Below the pieces are notes generated by a model. That model saw nothing but the letters and a program-made list of their open reading frames with translations, did no database searches and had not been told where the DNA came from. Below, in pieces: positions 20,134 through 30,870 of a stretch of 32,000 bases of DNA; position 1 is the stretch's first letter; each line of letters opens with the position of its first letter. The DNA is from Candidatus Saccharimonadota bacterium. GTDB taxonomy: Bacteria > Pseudomonadota > Alphaproteobacteria > Rickettsiales > Anaplasmataceae. The position numbers and the translations under genes were made by a program. The stretch spans positions 521,559 to 553,558 of the forward strand of contig NZ_CP092368.1 in the NCBI RefSeq assembly GCF_025021925.1. Reading direction: 5' to 3'.

Positions 20134-20520
20134 TTATACTCTTCTTTTTTTTCTTAGTCTGCAACCATTATGAGGAATTGCTGTTTGATCTGCAATTGAA
20201 GTAACAGTTAATCCATAACTCTGCAGTGCTTTTACTGCAGCTTCTGCACCAAAACCAGGACCACGTATGATAACACTAACAACTTTTATACCAAACTTGT
20301 CTACTGCAATTTTTGCAGCATGTTCAGAAGTCTTGCCTGCAGCATAGGGAGTAGATTTTCTAGATCCTGAAAATCCATGCTCACCAACAGAAGTTTGATA
20401 TAGAGTATTTCCATAAACGTCAGTTACATTGATAAATGTATTATTAAACGTAGCGCGAATATGAATTACACCAGTAATAAATTTTTTAGTGCTCTTATTC
20501 AATGTTTTTACTTTTTTCAT
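20134..20520 (-). CDS. rpsK: 30S ribosomal protein uS11
   Basis: [14 protein letters not shown] motif and C-terminal [12 protein letters not shown]. Confidence 0.95.
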   Translation of the reverse strand: MKKVKTLNKSTKKFITGVIHIRATFNNTFINVTDVYGNTLYQTSVGEHGFSGSRKSTPYAAGKTSEHAAKIAVDKFGIKVVSVIIRGPGFGAEAAVKALQSYGLTVTSIADQTAIPHNGCRLRKKRRV

Positions 20521-20545
20521 TTATATTGTTGCAAAAATAACAAAA

Positions 20546-20911
20546 TCATTTCTTATGAGAAATAGGCAAACGCGATTTACCTTTACGAGTCTTAGCATTA
20601 GTATGAGTTCTTTGCCCACGAACAGGTAATGATTTTCTATGTCTAAGACCTCTATAACAACCTAAATCAATTAAAGATTTTATATCAGTAGCTACTTCTT
20701 TTCTGCGCTCACCTTCTATAACATAGAATTGTCTAATAAAAGTATTGATCTTTTTTATATCTTCTTCTGTTAGTTCTGATACTCGTGTACTTTCATCAAT
20801 GTTACATGCATGACATATAATATGTGCTGTTTTAATTCCCAAACCATGTATATAAGTTAATGCAAAAGGAGTACATTTTTTAAATGGAACATTAACACCT
20901 GCGATTCGCAT
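20546..20911 (-). CDS. rpsM: 30S ribosomal protein uS13
   Basis: [10 protein letters not shown]-terminus and [25 protein letters not shown]. Confidence 0.95.
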   Translation of the reverse strand: MRIAGVNVPFKKCTPFALTYIHGLGIKTAHIICHACNIDESTRVSELTEEDIKKINTFIRQFYVIEGERRKEVATDIKSLIDLGCYRGLRHRKSLPVRGQRTHTNAKTRKGKSRLPISHKK

Positions 20912-20948
20912 TACTGATAACCTAATTCTCTAAAAACAGCAATTCTTT

Positions 20949-20976
20949 AGAATAACATATAACAATTAAGAGTCAA
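20949..20976 (-). promoter_or_regulatory. candidate internal promoter for rpsM-rpsK-rpoA-rplQ
   Basis: On the minus strand: TTGACT (20976-20971), 16-nt spacer, TATTCT (20954-20949), 38 nt upstream of rpsM ATG. Lies in the 66-bp adk-rpsM spacer. Confidence 0.25.
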
Positions 20977-20977
20977 A

Positions 20978-21628
20978 CTAAATTGAAATAAAAATTTCAC
21001 TTTCAATTTTCTGCATGATCTGATCAACATTATGTTGAGCATCTATGATAACTAATTGATTACTATAATATGTTTTCAAAGTCTTCATTTGAAAATAATA
21101 TTCATGTATTCTTTTATTAATTGTCTCTATATTTATATCATCAATTCTCTTTTCTATCCTTGAACTATGACATTTGATACATATAGATTTATTATTACTT
21201 TCTTTAAAAGATGATATAGAATATATATTGGCACAATCTAAGCAAATGAGTCGATTATTTAATCTATTAATCACTATTCTATCGCTGAGTTGTAGTACAA
21301 TTGCTATATCAATGTCTTTATGATTTTTCTCTAGTAAAATTTGAGTCAAAAAGTTAGCTTGTCTTATATTTCTTGGAAAGCCATCTAATATATAATTCTC
21401 ATCTTCATGATTCATTTGTGTGAGCAATAATTCACAAATAATATCGTCTTGAATTAATTGTCCAGATTCAACTGTATCTTTTATTTTTTTTCCCAATGTA
21501 TTTTCTGTGGCAATAATATTCCTTAATAAATTACCCATTGAAATTAATTTCAAATTATACTTTATTTTTAATAAATGCGCTTGAGTTCCCTTACCAGATC
21601 CAGGAGGACCAAAAATTGTGATTATCAT
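20978..21628 (-). CDS. adk: adenylate kinase (Cys4 lid)
   Basis: P-loop [11 protein letters not shown]; lid CLDC...CIKC (C129, C132, C150, C153). Sits in the alphaproteobacterial secY-adk-rpsM position. Confidence 0.93.
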   Translation of the reverse strand: MIITIFGPPGSGKGTQAHLLKIKYNLKLISMGNLLRNIIATENTLGKKIKDTVESGQLIQDDIICELLLTQMNHEDENYILDGFPRNIRQANFLTQILLEKNHKDIDIAIVLQLSDRIVINRLNNRLICLDCANIYSISSFKESNNKSICIKCHSSRIEKRIDDINIETINKRIHEYYFQMKTLKTYYSNQLVIIDAQHNVDQIMQKIESEIFISI

Positions 21629-22953
21629 TTTACTTTGATAGTTTTAGACTCATACTTTTTTATCATACTATCATATTTATGCGAGAAAATATAAGATTGT
21701 ATTTGCATGATAGTATCAGTAATCACATTGACTATAATGAGTAAGCTTGTACCACCAAAAATAAATGGTATGTGATATTTATATCGCATAATCTCTGGTA
21801 TTATACATATAATCACTAAATATGCAGATCCCATAAATGTTAATTTAAATACAATATCTTGTAGATAGTCAGCGGTATGTTTGCCAATCCTTTTACCAGG
21901 AATAAAGCCTCCATTCTTTTTTAGAAAGTCTGCATTTTCTTGCGAATTAAATATAAAATTAGAATAAAAAAAGTTAAAAAATACTATTAGTATTAGATAT
22001 ATTACTATATAACATGCTCTATTTGTTACAAGACAATCTAAAATATACTCAGAATAAGGATGACCTTTATAGAAATTTGCTATTGAAATAGGTGTAAGCA
22101 AAAGTGCATTAGCAAAGATAGTTGGCACAACGCCAGATAAATTAATTTTTAGTGGAATATAAGTGTAATCATCATGATGTACTTTTTTAAATTGTTTTTT
22201 TGGATATTGTACCATTACTCTTCTATAAGAAGCTTCTGTAAAGATAACTAGCAGTAGTAATAAAAAAAACAATATTAATACACATAGAATCAAGAAAAAC
22301 GAGATGCTGCCATTTTTATTTAATGTGAGTAAAGACGATAGGGCGCTTTGTAATTCTGATATGATACCAGTAAAAATGATTAATGAGATACCATTGCCTA
22401 TACCACTAGAGCTGATTTGTTCACCAAGCCATATTAAGAATATTGTACCACCTAAAAGACTGCATGCACCGATAATTCGAAACATTATTCCTGGCTCTAT
22501 TATCAAGAATAATCCATCTCTATTCATATTTTCTAACCCTATTAAAATAGGAATAGACTGAAATAGACAAAATAATATTGTAATATATCGTATATAAGTA
22601 TTCATTTTACGACGCCCTAATTCTCCATCATTTTTTACTTCATTTATTCCCTTAATGGCAGAAGAGAATAGTTGCATCACGATAGAAGCTACTATATATG
22701 GCATAACATTTAAGGATAGAATGGTCATTCTAGATAATGCACCACCAGAAAATAAATTAAATACTCCAAATACTCCCATACCTTCTTTAGGTAAAAGATC
22801 ATGAATGAGATCCAGATTGATACCTGGAATAGGGATGTAAGTACCTAAACGATAACAAATCAAAGCAATTAATGTAAATAATATACGCCTTAATAAAGCA
22901 TCTTTATGTAATAATGCATGATTAAAAGCATGAGATTTGAATTTATTTTTCAT
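21625..22953 (-). CDS. secY: preprotein translocase subunit SecY
   Basis: 10-TM profile, [17 protein letters not shown] motif, and position after rplO. Confidence 0.95.
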   Translation of the reverse strand: MKNKFKSHAFNHALLHKDALLRRILFTLIALICYRLGTYIPIPGINLDLIHDLLPKEGMGVFGVFNLFSGGALSRMTILSLNVMPYIVASIVMQLFSSAIKGINEVKNDGELGRRKMNTYIRYITILFCLFQSIPILIGLENMNRDGLFLIIEPGIMFRIIGACSLLGGTIFLIWLGEQISSSGIGNGISLIIFTGIISELQSALSSLLTLNKNGSISFFLILCVLILFFLLLLLVIFTEASYRRVMVQYPKKQFKKVHHDDYTYIPLKINLSGVVPTIFANALLLTPISIANFYKGHPYSEYILDCLVTNRACYIVIYLILIVFFNFFYSNFIFNSQENADFLKKNGGFIPGKRIGKHTADYLQDIVFKLTFMGSAYLVIICIIPEIMRYKYHIPFIFGGTSLLIIVNVITDTIMQIQSYIFSHKYDSMIKKYESKTIKVK

Positions 22954-23432
22954 GCTTTACATATTAAATGAATCATTCCACCAGAAGCAGTGATAGCTTG
23001 CTTAGCAGATTCTGATGCAGATGCTATATGCATAATACATTTTTTATCTAAATGACCCTTGCTGAGTAATTTTACTTTAGTATTCATTGATCTAATCAAA
23101 TGAAATTGATATAATAGATCTTTGTTGATAATAGCACCTTCCTCTATTTTTTTCGTCTCTATTAAATATTGTATATCTCCAGTATTGATTATAGAATATT
23201 TCATTTTATGTAATGAAGAAGATTTAAATCCTCTTTTAGGTAATCTTGTATATATAGATTGCTGCCCCCCTTCAAAACCATTTATAGCAGAACCACTTCT
23301 AGCTTTTTGCCCTTTATGTCCTCTACCAGATGTTTTGCCCTTACCAGAACCTATACCTCTACCAAGTATTTTAGGTTGTTTATTTCTTGTAAGATTAGTA
23401 AAAAGCATGTTTAACTTTATAGTACTATTCAT
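22950..23432 (-). CDS. rplO: 50S ribosomal protein uL15
   Basis: GRGIGSGKGKTSGRGHKGQKARSG motif. Confidence 0.94.
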   Translation of the reverse strand: MNSTIKLNMLFTNLTRNKQPKILGRGIGSGKGKTSGRGHKGQKARSGSAINGFEGGQQSIYTRLPKRGFKSSSLHKMKYSIINTGDIQYLIETKKIEEGAIINKDLLYQFHLIRSMNTKVKLLSKGHLDKKCIMHIASASESAKQAITASGGMIHLICKA

Positions 23433-23435
23433 TTC

Positions 23436-23948
23436 TTACCTATTACTTATAATCTCACTAATCTTTTTATTTCTTTTATTTGCAATCTGACGAGGAGAAA
23501 GCATCTTATTAAAAGCTTTAAACACAGCGCATATTACGTTATGTGGATTATTTGATCTAGTAGATTTTGCCACTACGTCTTTTATGCCCAATACTTCAAA
23601 AACAGATCTGATAGCACCACCAGCAATGATACCAGTGCCAGCTCTTGCACTTCTTAAGATGATATGTCCAGAGCAAAATTTAGCTTTTATATCATGATGC
23701 AATGTCCTACTCTCACGCAAATATACTCTAATCATAGATTTTTTCGCAGAATTCACAGCTTTTAATCGTGCTTCTGTCACTTCTGCATGCTTTCCAAGAC
23801 CACAACCTACTCTACCACGTCCATCTCCTACTACAACTAAAATTGAAAATGAGAATCTTCTACCACCTTTGGTAACTTTTGTGACCCTTCGTACTGAGAC
23901 TAAGAGTTCTGATAAATCGTTATTACTTTGTAAATTTTTTACATTCAT
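23436..23948 (-). CDS. rpsE: 30S ribosomal protein uS5
   Basis: [19 protein letters not shown] and GVGLG-like [10 protein letters not shown] motifs. Confidence 0.95.
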   Translation of the reverse strand: MNVKNLQSNNDLSELLVSVRRVTKVTKGGRRFSFSILVVVGDGRGRVGCGLGKHAEVTEARLKAVNSAKKSMIRVYLRESRTLHHDIKAKFCSGHIILRSARAGTGIIAGGAIRSVFEVLGIKDVVAKSTRSNNPHNVICAVFKAFNKMLSPRQIANKRNKKISEIISNR

Positions 23949-23960
23949 CCTAATATACCC

Positions 23961-24335
23961 TTAAAATTCCAAACCTGATCTTCTTAAAGTTTCAGCAAAC
24001 TGAGAGATTAATCCTGTATATTTGTATGGACCACGATCAAATAATACTTTTTTATGTAATGTAATATGAGCAAGACGCTCAATCATCAGAGCTGCAACAT
24101 GTTTTATCGCGTTAGCATTGACCTGACTATTACAAGCATCTTTGATTTTCTGATCTAGTGTAGATGCAGAAATTATAGTCACTCTCTTTTCATCATCAAT
24201 TAATTGTACATAGAAATGTTTATTAGATTTAAATATGGAAATACGCAAACGTTTTGCTACTGCGTTATGTAGTTTCTTTCTGCTACGTAATTTCCTTCTT
24301 TCGCATCTACTTAAAAAATTATATACTCTGTTCAT
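23961..24335 (-). CDS. rplR: 50S ribosomal protein uL18
   Basis: RLRISIFKSNKHFYVQLIDD pattern and C-terminal FDRGPYKYTG. Confidence 0.93.
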   Translation of the reverse strand: MNRVYNFLSRCERRKLRSRKKLHNAVAKRLRISIFKSNKHFYVQLIDDEKRVTIISASTLDQKIKDACNSQVNANAIKHVAALMIERLAHITLHKKVLFDRGPYKYTGLISQFAETLRRSGLEF

Positions 24336-24337
24336 GT

Positions 24338-24886
24338 TTATTTCTTTTTACTGACAATTTTATGCAACATAACTCTTCCCTTTATTATAATCCCTTTACC
24401 TTTATAAGGATCATATTTTCTCAATTTACATATATCAGATGCAATCATAAAAACTTTTTGTTTATTGATTCCAGAGACTAATAAATGAGTTGATTTAATA
24501 CATGTCATCTCTATACCTTGAGGTATTTTATAAAAAATACTATGACTATAACCAAGAGATAAAATTAAATAGGAATTATTTCTTTCAGCTTTATATCCAA
24601 CACCATTAATCTCAAGTGCAACAGAAAAACTACTGACCATACCTGCAATGATATTATAAATATTACTGCGATAAGTACCCCATATAGGCTTCAGCTTATT
24701 ATAATTCTCTTTTTTAGTTTGATCAATGGATAAAAGAATCTTATTATCTACTATTTCACATATTAGACCTCTTATCAGATCAATTTCTTGATATGATTGA
24801 ATGCTTTTTATGGATAATGTACTATTAATATTCGTGACTGATATACCATCAGGAATATTAATAGGAATAGAGCCTATACGAGACAT
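24338..24886 (-). CDS. rplF: 50S ribosomal protein uL6
   Basis: MSRIGSIPINIPDGISV N-terminus; SD AAGGAG upstream. Confidence 0.93.
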   Translation of the reverse strand: MSRIGSIPINIPDGISVTNINSTLSIKSIQSYQEIDLIRGLICEIVDNKILLSIDQTKKENYNKLKPIWGTYRSNIYNIIAGMVSSFSVALEINGVGYKAERNNSYLILSLGYSHSIFYKIPQGIEMTCIKSTHLLVSGINKQKVFMIASDICKLRKYDPYKGKGIIIKGRVMLHKIVSKKK

Positions 24887-24902
24887 AGAGATCTCCTTTC
24901 AT

Positions 24903-25298
24903 TTAAAATACATGACATAAAACTTCTCCACCTATCTTTAACTTATGTGCATTATGATCTGTCATAACTCCCTGAGATGTAGAGATTATGAAGATTCCTA
25001 GTCCATTGCACGCTTTAGACATGTCTTTATATTGAGAATAGCGTCTACAGCCAGGTTTAGAAATTCTTGAAATATTACTAATCACTGGTTCTCTATTATA
25101 ATATTTTAGTGTAATAATAAAAGCAGGGACTTTATGTGAGACTATTTTGTCATAGTTAGTAATAAAGCCTTCATTTTTTAAAATCTTTAAGATAGCTTCA
25201 TTCATTCTCGAATATGATACTGGAGTATTTTTATGTAGAGCTAATTGAGCATTACGTATTCTTGTAATACAATCTCCAATACTATCAGATAATGACAT
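24903..25298 (-). CDS. rpsH: 30S ribosomal protein uS8
   Basis: [17 protein letters not shown]-terminal motif; SD AGAGGAA upstream. Confidence 0.94.
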   Translation of the reverse strand: MSLSDSIGDCITRIRNAQLALHKNTPVSYSRMNEAILKILKNEGFITNYDKIVSHKVPAFIITLKYYNREPVISNISRISKPGCRRYSQYKDMSKACNGLGIFIISTSQGVMTDHNAHKLKIGGEVLCHVF

Positions 25299-25334
25299 AT
25301 AACAATTTCCTCTGTAAAAATTTTAAAATTTATA

Positions 25335-25643
25335 TTACCAACTAGCTTTTACTACCCCTGGTATCTGTCCAAAAGCACATAAACTTCGTAAAACAATCCT
25401 ACATAAACCAAAGTTTCTATATACTCCTCTTGGCCTTCCAGTCACAATACATCGATTTCTAATTCTAGTCTTAGATGAATTTCTAGGTAACGTTTTTATT
25501 ATTTTATTTTGCGCAGCAAATCTTTCACTAATAGTGATATTCTTATTATTTATAATTTGCTTTAACTTACTCCTTTTTTCTGCATATTGGTCACATAACT
25601 TGATTCTTAAAAGATTTCTTTGTATTACAGATTTCTTGGCCAT
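25335..25643 (-). CDS. rpsN: 30S ribosomal protein uS14 (long form)
   Basis: [21 protein letters not shown] ... VKASW C-terminus; 102 aa long type. Confidence 0.94.
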   Translation of the reverse strand: MAKKSVIQRNLLRIKLCDQYAEKRSKLKQIINNKNITISERFAAQNKIIKTLPRNSSKTRIRNRCIVTGRPRGVYRNFGLCRIVLRSLCAFGQIPGVVKASW

Positions 25644-25664
25644 ATATTGTATATCCTCTATATT

Positions 25665-26198
25665 TTAATCGGAAAATGGAAAGCTAAAAGCTGATAACAA
25701 TTCTTTTGCTGCATGATTAGATAATGTATTAGTAATGATACTAATATCCATTCCTATTACTTTATTTACTTTATCATAATCTACTTCTAAAAATGAAATA
25801 TGTTCTTTTATTCCAAAAGCAAAATTTCCATGACCATCAAATTGCTTTATAGTAAATCCTTTAAAATCTTTTTCTCTAGGCAATGCAATATATATTAATC
25901 TTTCTAAGAATTCATACATTTTCTCCCTGCGTAAAGTGACTTTACATCCTATTATAGCTCCTTTTCTAATTTTAAATCCAGCAATAGATTTTTTTGCAGT
26001 AGTATATACAGGTTTTTGTCCTGTAATTAAGTACAAATTATTAAAAGGCTCAGTAATTTCTTTACTATCGTGAGCAGCCTCTCCCACTCCCATATTGATA
26101 CATACTTTTACAAGTTTAGGTATTTGCATTATATTGTTATAATGAAGCGAATTGCTTAAATCTTGTATTATACGATTTTTATATAGTTCTTTAAACAT
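25665..26198 (-). CDS. rplE: 50S ribosomal protein uL5
   Basis: [20 protein letters not shown] motif; position between rplX and rpsN. Confidence 0.94.
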   Translation of the reverse strand: MFKELYKNRIIQDLSNSLHYNNIMQIPKLVKVCINMGVGEAAHDSKEITEPFNNLYLITGQKPVYTTAKKSIAGFKIRKGAIIGCKVTLRREKMYEFLERLIYIALPREKDFKGFTIKQFDGHGNFAFGIKEHISFLEVDYDKVNKVIGMDISIITNTLSNHAAKELLSAFSFPFSD

Positions 26199-26204
26199 AT
26201 CAAT

Positions 26205-26525
26205 CTAATTTTTTATCAATTCTTGAGAAAGTTTTGCAATACGCATTTTCTTATCATCTATCATAGTAAATCCTACTTTAGTTGGTGTTTTATACTTAGG
26301 ATCTAATAATGCAAGATTAGATATATCTATAGCTAATTCTTTACTTAGAATGCCACTTGCATGATCCGATTGCATTTTAGTATGTCTCTTATATACATTT
26401 ATTCCAGAAACAATAGCTTTACAATTTGTATTACAAGTAATAATTTTAATGATTTTTCCCACCTTACCTTTATCTTTACCAGTTAATACTATTACAGTAT
26501 CATCTCTTTTTATTTTAGCACTCAT
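26205..26525 (-). CDS. rplX: 50S ribosomal protein uL24
   Basis: [25 protein letters not shown] motif. Confidence 0.94.
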   Translation of the reverse strand: MSAKIKRDDTVIVLTGKDKGKVGKIIKIITCNTNCKAIVSGINVYKRHTKMQSDHASGILSKELAIDISNLALLDPKYKTPTKVGFTMIDDKKMRIAKLSQELIKN

Positions 26526-26884
26526 TATAATACCTCTGTAGAGAGAGACATAATCTTCATAAAAGTACCTGAAGGCAACTTTTTTACTGGACCAAATACA
26601 CGTGTTCCAAGTGGTTCACCTTGATTGTTAATTAATACTACAGCATTGCTAGAAAAACGTATCACTGAACCGTCCGATTTGCGAATTGGACTTTTTACTC
26701 TTACCACAATAGCTCTATAGACTTTCCCTTTTTCAATCTTACCGCGAGGTATAATAGATTTAGCAGATACAATAATAGTATCACCAATAGATGCAACTTT
26801 TCTTCCACCTAATAATCCAATACAAAGAACCATTCGTGCCCCAGAATTATCTGCAACTTCAAGGAGAGTGTTTTTTTGAATCAT
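26525..26884 (-). CDS. rplN: 50S ribosomal protein uL14
   Basis: [17 protein letters not shown]-terminus. Confidence 0.96.
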   Translation of the reverse strand: MIQKNTLLEVADNSGARMVLCIGLLGGRKVASIGDTIIVSAKSIIPRGKIEKGKVYRAIVVRVKSPIRKSDGSVIRFSSNAVVLINNQGEPLGTRVFGPVKKLPSGTFMKIMSLSTEVL

Positions 26885-26911
26885 ATATTAATTTCCTGTA
26901 AACTTCTTAAT

Positions 26912-27151
26912 CTAGTGTGCGACATAATTGAGTACAGACCATTTTTTAGTATTAGCAATAGGTTTGCACTCTTGTATGATTACTCTATCTCCTACTGTAT
27001 AAATATTCTTTTCATCATGCGCTGTATACTTTTTATATTGTTTAATCACTTTTTTATATACTCCATGTCTATGTACTCTCAATACAGATACTTTTACAGT
27101 TTTATCACATTTACTACTGACTACAGTACCACAAAAAATCCTTTTAGACAT
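26912..27151 (-). CDS. rpsQ: 30S ribosomal protein uS17
   Basis: GTVVSSKCDKTVKVSV...KKYTAHDEKN...GDRVIIQECKPIANTKKW pattern. Confidence 0.93.
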   Translation of the reverse strand: MSKRIFCGTVVSSKCDKTVKVSVLRVHRHGVYKKVIKQYKKYTAHDEKNIYTVGDRVIIQECKPIANTKKWSVLNYVAH

Positions 27152-27365
27152 TCTTTTTTTCCTCTTTTTTTCTAGCGTTTAATATAGTTAAAATATGCGA
27201 GATATTTTTTTTAATCACACCAAAACGTGCAATATTCACACACTGCCCTACTTTTTTTTGAAACATTAAATTCACAAATTCTTTTCTCAAATCTGATAAT
27301 ATATTGAGAAGTTCCTTTGCAGGTTTTAATTTTATATTATTTATATTCATAATGCATTTCTCCAT
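27144..27365 (-). CDS. rpmC: 50S ribosomal protein uL29
   Basis: Position between rplP and rpsQ; helical KELLNILSDLRKEFVNLMFQ pattern. The start may be ATG 27365 (abutting the rplP stop) or ATG 27350. Confidence 0.88.
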   Translation of the reverse strand: MEKCIMNINNIKLKPAKELLNILSDLRKEFVNLMFQKKVGQCVNIARFGVIKKNISHILTILNARKKEEKKNV

Positions 27366-27788
27366 CTATCTATCTATAACTATATTAGAGATAAATTTAC
27401 ATTTTATAGGTAATTTTGCAGTTGCTTTTTCAAGCGCTAATTTTGCTAATTGTATAGGAACATCATTACTAATTTCAAATAAAATTCTACCTGGAGTGAC
27501 TTTAAAGATCCAAAATTCAACACTTCCTTTACCTTTGCCCATGCGCACATCTACTGGTTTCTTACTAACAGGAGAATCAGGAAAAATTCTGATCCATATT
27601 TTACCAGACCGCTTTAATGTTCTAGAAATTACCCTTCTAGCCGTTTCAATATGTTTAGAATGAATTCTACTTGATTCAAGAGCTTTTAAACCATATTCTC
27701 CAAAAGATAAGATACTACCACCTTTCGCATTGCCTTTAATGCGTCCTTTAAACATCTTTTTATACTTACTTTTTTTTGGAATAAACAT
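27366..27788 (-). CDS. rplP: 50S ribosomal protein uL16
   Basis: [17 protein letters not shown]-terminus and [13 protein letters not shown]. Confidence 0.95.
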   Translation of the reverse strand: MFIPKKSKYKKMFKGRIKGNAKGGSILSFGEYGLKALESSRIHSKHIETARRVISRTLKRSGKIWIRIFPDSPVSKKPVDVRMGKGKGSVEFWIFKVTPGRILFEISNDVPIQLAKLALEKATAKLPIKCKFISNIVIDR

Positions 27789-27797
27789 TTTGCTTTT

Positions 27798-27812
27798 TTA
27801 TTATTATTATTA
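27798..27812. repeat. (TTA)5 microsatellite, read as (TAA)5 on the coding minus strand
   Basis: Five perfect TTA units in the 41-bp rpsC-rplP spacer, ending 9 nt upstream of the rplP ATG. Confidence 0.8.
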
Positions 27813-27829
27813 GCCTTCAATATTAATCA

Positions 27830-28450
27830 TTAATTTCCAATATATACCCATACTTTCACTCCTATAATACCATATATAGTTTTTGCTTCAAAAAAAGCAT
27901 AATCTATATTAGCGCGTAAAGTATGAAGAGGTAATCGTCCTTCTTTATACCACTCAGTTCGTGCAATTTCAGCACCTCCAAGACGTCCAGAACAACTCAC
28001 TTTAATACCTTTAGCACCCATTCTTAAACAACTTTGAATAGCTTTTTTCATTGCTCTTCTGAATGAGACTCTCTTTTCTAATTGCTGTGCAACACTATTT
28101 GAGATTAAAGTTGCATCTATTTCAGGTCTTTTAATACCTATCACATTTATTTCTATAGTATCTTTTATATCTTCAGATATTTTTTTCTTAATCTTATCAA
28201 TATCTGATCCCTTTTTGCCTATAATAATACCAGGTCTAGCGCAATGGATTGTAATACATATAATATCAATTTTACGCTCTATGATTACTTTCGAAATACC
28301 AGCATGCTTAAAAGACTGATTAATATAACTTCGAATACATAAATCTTGATGTAGTTTTTGTATATATTCTTTCTTGTTAGCATACCAAATAGAGCTCCAA
28401 GAAGTTTTTATTTTTAATCGAAATCCTATAGGATTGACCTTTTGTCCCAT
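27830..28450 (-). CDS. rpsC: 30S ribosomal protein uS3
   Basis: [13 protein letters not shown]-terminus, KH domain; 206 aa (short C-terminus). Confidence 0.95.
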   Translation of the reverse strand: MGQKVNPIGFRLKIKTSWSSIWYANKKEYIQKLHQDLCIRSYINQSFKHAGISKVIIERKIDIICITIHCARPGIIIGKKGSDIDKIKKKISEDIKDTIEINVIGIKRPEIDATLISNSVAQQLEKRVSFRRAMKKAIQSCLRMGAKGIKVSCSGRLGGAEIARTEWYKEGRLPLHTLRANIDYAFFEAKTIYGIIGVKVWVYIGN

Positions 28451-28492
28451 TTTCTACATCTTTATCTTATTGTAAATTTTTATTTATCTTAA

Positions 28493-28846
28493 TTAAACAA
28501 TTTCTTGTAATTTAATACAAATATTGCTATAACGTTTAGCAATTTTATTCGCTCTTCCCATTGCTTTTGGATTAATTCTACGTAATATACAAGATTTACC
28601 TACTAAAACTTCTTTGATATATAAATTGTCTATATCTAACCCACAATTATATTGAGCATTAGCAATAGCTGAATGTAATACTTTATTTATCAGTTCTGCT
28701 GCCTTTTTTGTACAAAACTGCAATTGCATAGTAGCAAATGCTACTTTTTTATTTCGTATTAATCCAGCAACTAAATTTAACTTACGAGGTGTTGATTTAA
28801 TCATTCTAGCACTCGCCTCAACTATTATGTCTTTATTTTGCATCAT
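28493..28846 (-). CDS. rplV: 50S ribosomal protein uL22
   Basis: [24 protein letters not shown] pattern; between rpsS and rpsC. Confidence 0.93.
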   Translation of the reverse strand: MMQNKDIIVEASARMIKSTPRKLNLVAGLIRNKKVAFATMQLQFCTKKAAELINKVLHSAIANAQYNCGLDIDNLYIKEVLVGKSCILRRINPKAMGRANKIAKRYSNICIKLQEIV

Positions 28847-28851
28847 GTCAA

Positions 28852-29136
28852 TTACCTTCTTGTTGCTTTTTTATCACCACTATGTCCATTAAACTTACGT
28901 GTAGGCGAAAATTCACCAAATTTATGACCAATCATATTTTGATCATTAATATTAACAGGAATATAATTCTTACCATTATATACAGCAAATCTTAGTCCTA
29001 AACAGCTAGGAAGTATGACAGAAGCTCTGGAACGCGTCTTGATAGAGACGTTGACTAGACCTTGTGTGATAGCTTTATTCACAGATTTCAATATAGAAGG
29101 ATGACAAAATGGAGGTTTCCATGCCGATCTACTCAT
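28852..29136 (-). CDS. rpsS: 30S ribosomal protein uS19
   Basis: [10 protein letters not shown] and [16 protein letters not shown] motifs. Confidence 0.95.
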   Translation of the reverse strand: MSRSAWKPPFCHPSILKSVNKAITQGLVNVSIKTRSRASVILPSCLGLRFAVYNGKNYIPVNINDQNMIGHKFGEFSPTRKFNGHSGDKKATRR

Positions 29137-29140
29137 AAAC

Positions 29141-29965
29141 TCACCTTTTTAAATGTTTTATATATTTATTACTAGATTTATTTTTCTTTCTCGTTTTTTT
29201 ACCCTTTGTACCAACTCCCCAAGGTGTAACAGGATGACGCCCACCAGAAGTCTTGCCTTCTCCTCCTCCATGAGGATGATCTACTGGATTCATTGCAACT
29301 CCTCGTACGGATGGTCTGATCCCTAACCATCTCTTTCTTCCCGCTTTCCCTAATTTTCTATTTTTATGATTAGGGTTAGAGACTATCCCTATAGTTGCCT
29401 TACAAGTAGATAAAATTAATCGCATTTGACTCGATCTTAATCTTAATAATATGTACTGACCATCACGACCAATAATTTGTGCATAGCAACCTGCTGATCT
29501 CGCAAGCACAGCACCGCCTCCTGGTTTTAACTCAATATTATGTACAAATGATCCAATGGGAATATATTTTAATTCAAGACAATTACCTGGTAATATATCA
29601 GCATTATTAGATGATAAAATCACATCACCAAGATGTAAATCCTGAGGTGCAAGAATATAAGATGTAGAATTATCACTTTTGTATGCTATTAATGCTAAAA
29701 ACCCACTTCTATTAGGATCGTATTCTATTTTTTCAACTACAGCTTCATCGTTTCTAATACGCTTAAAATCTATTATTCTATAATTCCTTTTATGCCCTCC
29801 TCCCTTATGTCTTGTAGTAATTCTACCATAGCTATTTCTTCCACCGCTAGCTGTTTTACCACAGGTCAGTTTCTTCTCTGGTCTATCTTGTGATAGAAAA
29901 TCTTTCTTGACTAAGATAGTACCACGAGAAGATGGGGTAACAGGACGAAAAATTTTGACATTCAT
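29141..29965 (-). CDS. rplB: 50S ribosomal protein uL2
   Basis: [23 protein letters not shown] motif; 274 aa. Confidence 0.96.
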   Translation of the reverse strand: MNVKIFRPVTPSSRGTILVKKDFLSQDRPEKKLTCGKTASGGRNSYGRITTRHKGGGHKRNYRIIDFKRIRNDEAVVEKIEYDPNRSGFLALIAYKSDNSTSYILAPQDLHLGDVILSSNNADILPGNCLELKYIPIGSFVHNIELKPGGGAVLARSAGCYAQIIGRDGQYILLRLRSSQMRLILSTCKATIGIVSNPNHKNRKLGKAGRKRWLGIRPSVRGVAMNPVDHPHGGGEGKTSGGRHPVTPWGVGTKGKKTRKKNKSSNKYIKHLKR

Positions 29966-29970
29966 ATTTT

Positions 29971-30258
29971 TTACACACTCATAATATCTAATGTCTGACC
30001 ACTCACTAAAGAAAAATATACTTTCTGTTTTCTTTTTTCATATCCTTTAATATGTCTAAATCTTCTAGATTTAGATTGTACTCTTACTATATTGATAGCA
30101 GAGACTGTCACTTTAAATAAAGATTCTATAGCTGCTTTTATTTGATATTTATTAACATTTATAAAAACATGTATAGAATACTTATTATACTTTTCTTTTA
30201 AAAAAGAAGTCTTTTCTGTAATAATGGGAGATTTTATTATAGAATTATACTTAATCAT
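29971..30258 (-). CDS. rplW: 50S ribosomal protein uL23
   Basis: [13 protein letters not shown]-terminal motif; between rplD and rplB. Confidence 0.92.
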   Translation of the reverse strand: MIKYNSIIKSPIITEKTSFLKEKYNKYSIHVFINVNKYQIKAAIESLFKVTVSAINIVRVQSKSRRFRHIKGYEKRKQKVYFSLVSGQTLDIMSV

Positions 30259-30869
30259 ATCAGTCTCTCTTCAAGATATTCTAAAGTATTACTTGCCAAC
30301 ATAATACAGTCATGTTTCATGACATCATAGACATTTAAACCAATAGGTTTAATTAAATTGACATGATGTAAATTGTTGGTCGCTCTTATTAAATTCTGAG
30401 TATAATCACCTACTATTAAAAAAGTCGAAAAGTGAAAATTTTTTATACATTGAGATATATCAGATGTTTTATATATTTTAGTATCTAATGTATCAAGAAT
30501 CACTAATTGATTATTAGAATATTTAAGAGATAATGCAATTTTTAAACCTTTTTTACGGATCTTTTTATTAAGAGAATATGCATGACTTCGTACGACAGGA
30601 CCAAATATAACAGCTCCTCCTCTAAATTGTGGAGATCTTAAGCTTCCTTGTCTTGCACGACCAGTACGCTTCTGCGCATAAGGCTTAGCTGTGGTGCCAG
30701 AAATCTCTCCAATACATTTTGTTTTATGTGTACCTGCTCTCTTCTTAGCTAATTGCCATTTTATTACTTCATGTAGAATATTAAATTTTATTTTGATAGA
30801 AAAAAGTAAGGGATTAAGTGTAATAGTCCCCTTTGTATTATTGTATAAATCTACCAATGTATATTCCAT
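30255..30869 (-). CDS. rplD: 50S ribosomal protein uL4
   Basis: KPYAQKRTGRARQGSLRSPQFRGGAVIFGP motif. Confidence 0.95.
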   Translation of the reverse strand: MEYTLVDLYNNTKGTITLNPLLFSIKIKFNILHEVIKWQLAKKRAGTHKTKCIGEISGTTAKPYAQKRTGRARQGSLRSPQFRGGAVIFGPVVRSHAYSLNKKIRKKGLKIALSLKYSNNQLVILDTLDTKIYKTSDISQCIKNFHFSTFLIVGDYTQNLIRATNNLHHVNLIKPIGLNVYDVMKHDCIMLASNTLEYLEERLI

Positions 30870-30870
30870 T

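Noticed and set aside
2710-21491. A8/T8 homopolymers inside CDS (purH 2710-2717, rpsK 20145-20152, adk 21484-21491), considered as possible frameshift or pseudogene sites or slippage-dependent genes
   Set aside because: All three reading frames are intact across the tracts and encode sensible Lys-rich segments (GKKNL, RKKRRV, LGKKIKD). There is no sign of disruption.
22304-23490. Antisense ORFs inside secY (22304-22561) and rplO (23122-23490, 122 aa)
   Set aside because: Same frame relationship and explanation as the cox antisense ORFs. They lie entirely within highly conserved genes and have no independent signals.
26876-27663. Plus-strand ORFs 26876-27175 (99 aa) and 27304-27663 (119 aa), antisense to rpsQ/rpmC/rplP
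   Set aside because: They mirror conserved ribosomal protein genes, their sequences are low-complexity Phe/Ile/Leu-rich translations of AT-rich antisense DNA, and they have no SD or family resemblance.
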